Below are positions 51,737 through 54,317 of a stretch of DNA of 54,317 nt, piece after piece (positions within the stretch are counted from its first letter, which is position 1; each line of letters starts with the position of its first letter). The position numbers were made by a program, and so were the translations under genes. Source of the stretch: Callorhinchus milii (lineage: Eukaryota). The notes under the pieces were generated by a model. The model did not search any database. It saw only the letters and a list, made by a program, of their open reading frames with translations, and had not been told where the DNA came from. The stretch lies in the NCBI RefSeq assembly GCF_018977255.1, contig NW_024705326.1, positions 1 to 54,317 on the forward strand, read 5' to 3'.

Positions 51737-52745
51737 CCTCGCTGCATGTACTCGCCCCGTGTCGTGGCCGCGTTAATTGGGCCAAGGCTTGAGAGAAGTT
51801 GTGTTTAGATTGCGCAGCGTTAAGCAACGCGTTTCCTCGCTGCGAATTGAGTTCATGTCGACCGTCTCCGTAAGAGGGGTCGTTTTGGCAGCTTACAAGC
51901 GCAAGTTTTCCCGACTTGTATATTTTTTCATTCGACAGTTGATACCTGCGGTTGTTGCTTCTTTCGGTTATTTGTTTCTTATATTTCGAGAGAGAGAGAA
52001 AAAAAAGCAAACTTCTTCTTTAAATGTGAAACGTGTATTCATGGCCCTAATGGGGCGCCCATTCTTGAAGCGCATTAGGGCCGTGGGAACAGCACGAAGC
52101 CTCCGTGTCATCTCGCAGCCGGCAGCTGTGGGAGAAGCGCTGTGCGAATCAATGGTGAGCCGGCGGCTTTGTCACGGCCACGGAAAGTGGGATTGTGATC
52201 ACGGCAGGATCCCGCAAGCGTGTTGCTTCATTGTGATCTGGGAGTAAGTGTGTCGACAAAGCAGTAGCGGAGTAACTGTGCAACTATAGCAACAAATAGA
52301 ATCGTATGTTTTTTTATGAGAGGACATGTTTTGCGATGAGTGGACGGGCGCATTCTGGAGAAATACGTCCACCGAGGAGATGGAGCGATGAAATCGATTC
52401 ACGTCCAAATCCCAAGATCATGGTAGGTGGCGGCGGCTTAGAGAGGCCTTCATACAGCTGTGGATTGACCATGGAAGATGATGATGATAAATTAAACGTT
52501 CGTTACTGATTAACCTTTCATGGGAATTGAGAAATTATGTTTTATGATTGCTTATGAATGTGATTACTGTACTTCACAGCACTTTATTTTGGTTCTAAGC
52601 GCAGTTGTTTTCAAGGTCACATTGTTGAGATGCGATCACGTAGAGCGCAGCCAGAAGTCGGAGTGCCTTCTCACTCCAACAAGTGTTGAGTGTTGCTCCT
52701 CTCCTTTGATGGTCCTGAGTGCTGGAAATAACAAAGTAGTACTTT

Positions 52746-53189
52746 GTGGAACCGTCACAGAACGATAGCTGTATCAAGTGAGAGAAATTCCAAGAAAACA
52801 GTCCTTGTATATATACGGTTGAGGGTGGGAGGAGCCAAGGTAGGCCCTGAATATTATTTTTGTGAGGTTCGGTTCGGCTGAAGCACGCTCATTCCTAACA
52901 GCGTGCTTCAACCGCACCGAACCTCACAAAAATAATATTCGGGGCCTACCTTGGCTCCTCCCACCTTAACCAGTATATATACAAGGACTGTTTTCTTGGA
53001 ATTTTTCTCACTTGATACAGCTATCGTGCTGTGACGGTTCCACCTGAAGACGGAAGCTTGTGTTGCCTCCGAAACGTCGTGATTTTTATTTTATTTTACT
53101 TTATTAATTTAATTTTTTAACTACGTGACTTTACCGAAAACAACTAAGAATATGAATCCTTGCAGTCACGAAAGCTTCAAATCTAGAAT
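52746..53189 (+). mobile_element. Short non-coding Penelope derivative: 144-bp-arm hairpin + hammerhead + conserved tail
   Basis: 52746-52889 is inverted at 52900-53043 (10-nt loop CATTCCTAAC). Tail CTACGTGACTTTACCGAAA...GAATCCTTGCAGTCACGAAAGCTTCAAATC matches 11707-11766 (minus). Flanking direct repeat TAGTACTTTGTG (52737-52748, 53190-53201). Confidence 0.88.
53041..53081 (+). ncRNA. Minimal hammerhead ribozyme motif
   Basis: CAC-CTGAAGA-C-GGAAGC-TTGTGTT-GCCTCC-GAAA-CGTC-GTG. Confidence 0.8.
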
Positions 53190-53910
53190 TAGTACTTTGT
53201 GTTTTAGACTAACGAGAGATGATGGGCTGCGTTGGTATTTTGAGATTTCGGCTTGGGCTTTTCAACTGTGAGTTGAGTGGTGGTCTGCTCTGTGCCAAGT
53301 GATCTGTGATGGGAAGAAGTGTCTCACAATAGTGGCATGAGGAGGAAGCCATCGTCGGTGTAGCATGCTTGAAAACCCACAGTTGATGTGACTGAAAACA
53401 AACAGCTAAATAACATAGATTTTTTTTTTAGCAAACGCTTTTATACTCATAGCTTTTATACTCATAGTCGCGTGGCACATTGTAGTACAGCAACTCTGTA
53501 AACCCAGTTTAAAACGTAACGCTGCTAAGCCAAATGTAAATAATTATTTTCATGCTGAGCATTGTTTCGGACCCACATTTTTTTTAGTGATGTATTTTTA
53601 CAACCATTATTTTGTAAAATGTCATTGGCATGCCCCCATAAAAAAACACTTTTATTAGTTTAATTTATGTCTTCATGTGGCTCGTATAACTGTAATAGCA
53701 TTGCACTTGTAATTCACGTTCAGTAATTGACATGTGCTGGGAAAAGACTTTCTAATTGCTGAGCTAGAACAGCGGTTAACAATCCCATTTCGCTGTGAGT
53801 CTGCACCGCTGCCGTTTAGCAATATGACCGTTTTTGAACATCAAATGAAAGTGAGCAAATGCTCACTTTTTGCAAGGCTCCTTTATATCCCATTGTTTAC
53901 AATCCTGCAG

Positions 53911-54110
53911 GCGGTGCTGTGGATAACCCACGCAGGTTGAAATTGGAGGTTACGAGTTTGAATCCGGTCCTGGGGTCGACTAAACATACGTTACATTGTG
54001 GATGGATGGGTGGGTGGCGTAGTGGCAACTTCCATCCCAGCAAGAAGGGTTTGAGTTCGACTCCCCAACTCTGCACGTGGGTCTTCTTGGATCCCCACTT
54101 TTCTCCCGGA
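53911..54110 (+). mobile_element. Degenerate tRNA-SINE head(s)
   Basis: Two box B-like motifs, GAGTTTGAATCC (~53955) and GAGTTCGACTCC (~54053); the first is followed by GGGGTCGACT as in SINE family A. Confidence 0.4.
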
Positions 54111-54317
54111 GCTAAAACCCCACAATGTGAATTGTGTTGGCCAAACATCCCAAATGCTAACTTATTACCTGCAACTCACTTAATTCAGATTACAATAAAA
54201 AAAACAACAACTGCATTTGCAAATATTATTTGTAACATTAATTCATCCTTACCCACGTATCGCTAGTTACATTTTAATGTGCAATTTTATTGAGGGATTG
54301 TCTGTCGTTGTCTTGGT

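Overview
Eukaryotic non-coding DNA, most likely vertebrate and plausibly lamprey (inferred from V-domain tRNA-SINEs and a Chapaev3-type transposon). No host protein-coding gene, rRNA, true tRNA or CRISPR array can be supported. The window has three parts. (1) Bases 1-24451 are repeat-dense: a 32-bp satellite, a 25-bp minisatellite ending in a perfect hairpin, two tRNA-derived SINE families, a 2.44-kb near-perfect palindrome of a Penelope-like (GIY-YIG) retroelement, a hAT MITE, two foldback elements and a Chapaev3 transposon with a nested Penelope remnant. (2) After a 30-N gap, about 25 kb (24482 to ~49735) looks statistically random: by eye it has no repeats, SINEs, microsatellites or credible ORFs, and it is probably shuffled or synthetic rather than biological. 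(3) From ~49740 to the end, genomic-looking DNA resumes with another V-SINE and a short Penelope derivative made of a hairpin plus a ribozyme. The most notable biology is four minimal hammerhead-ribozyme motifs at three Penelope-derived loci, with covarying stem II, a conserved loop and a conserved 3' stem-loop tail.
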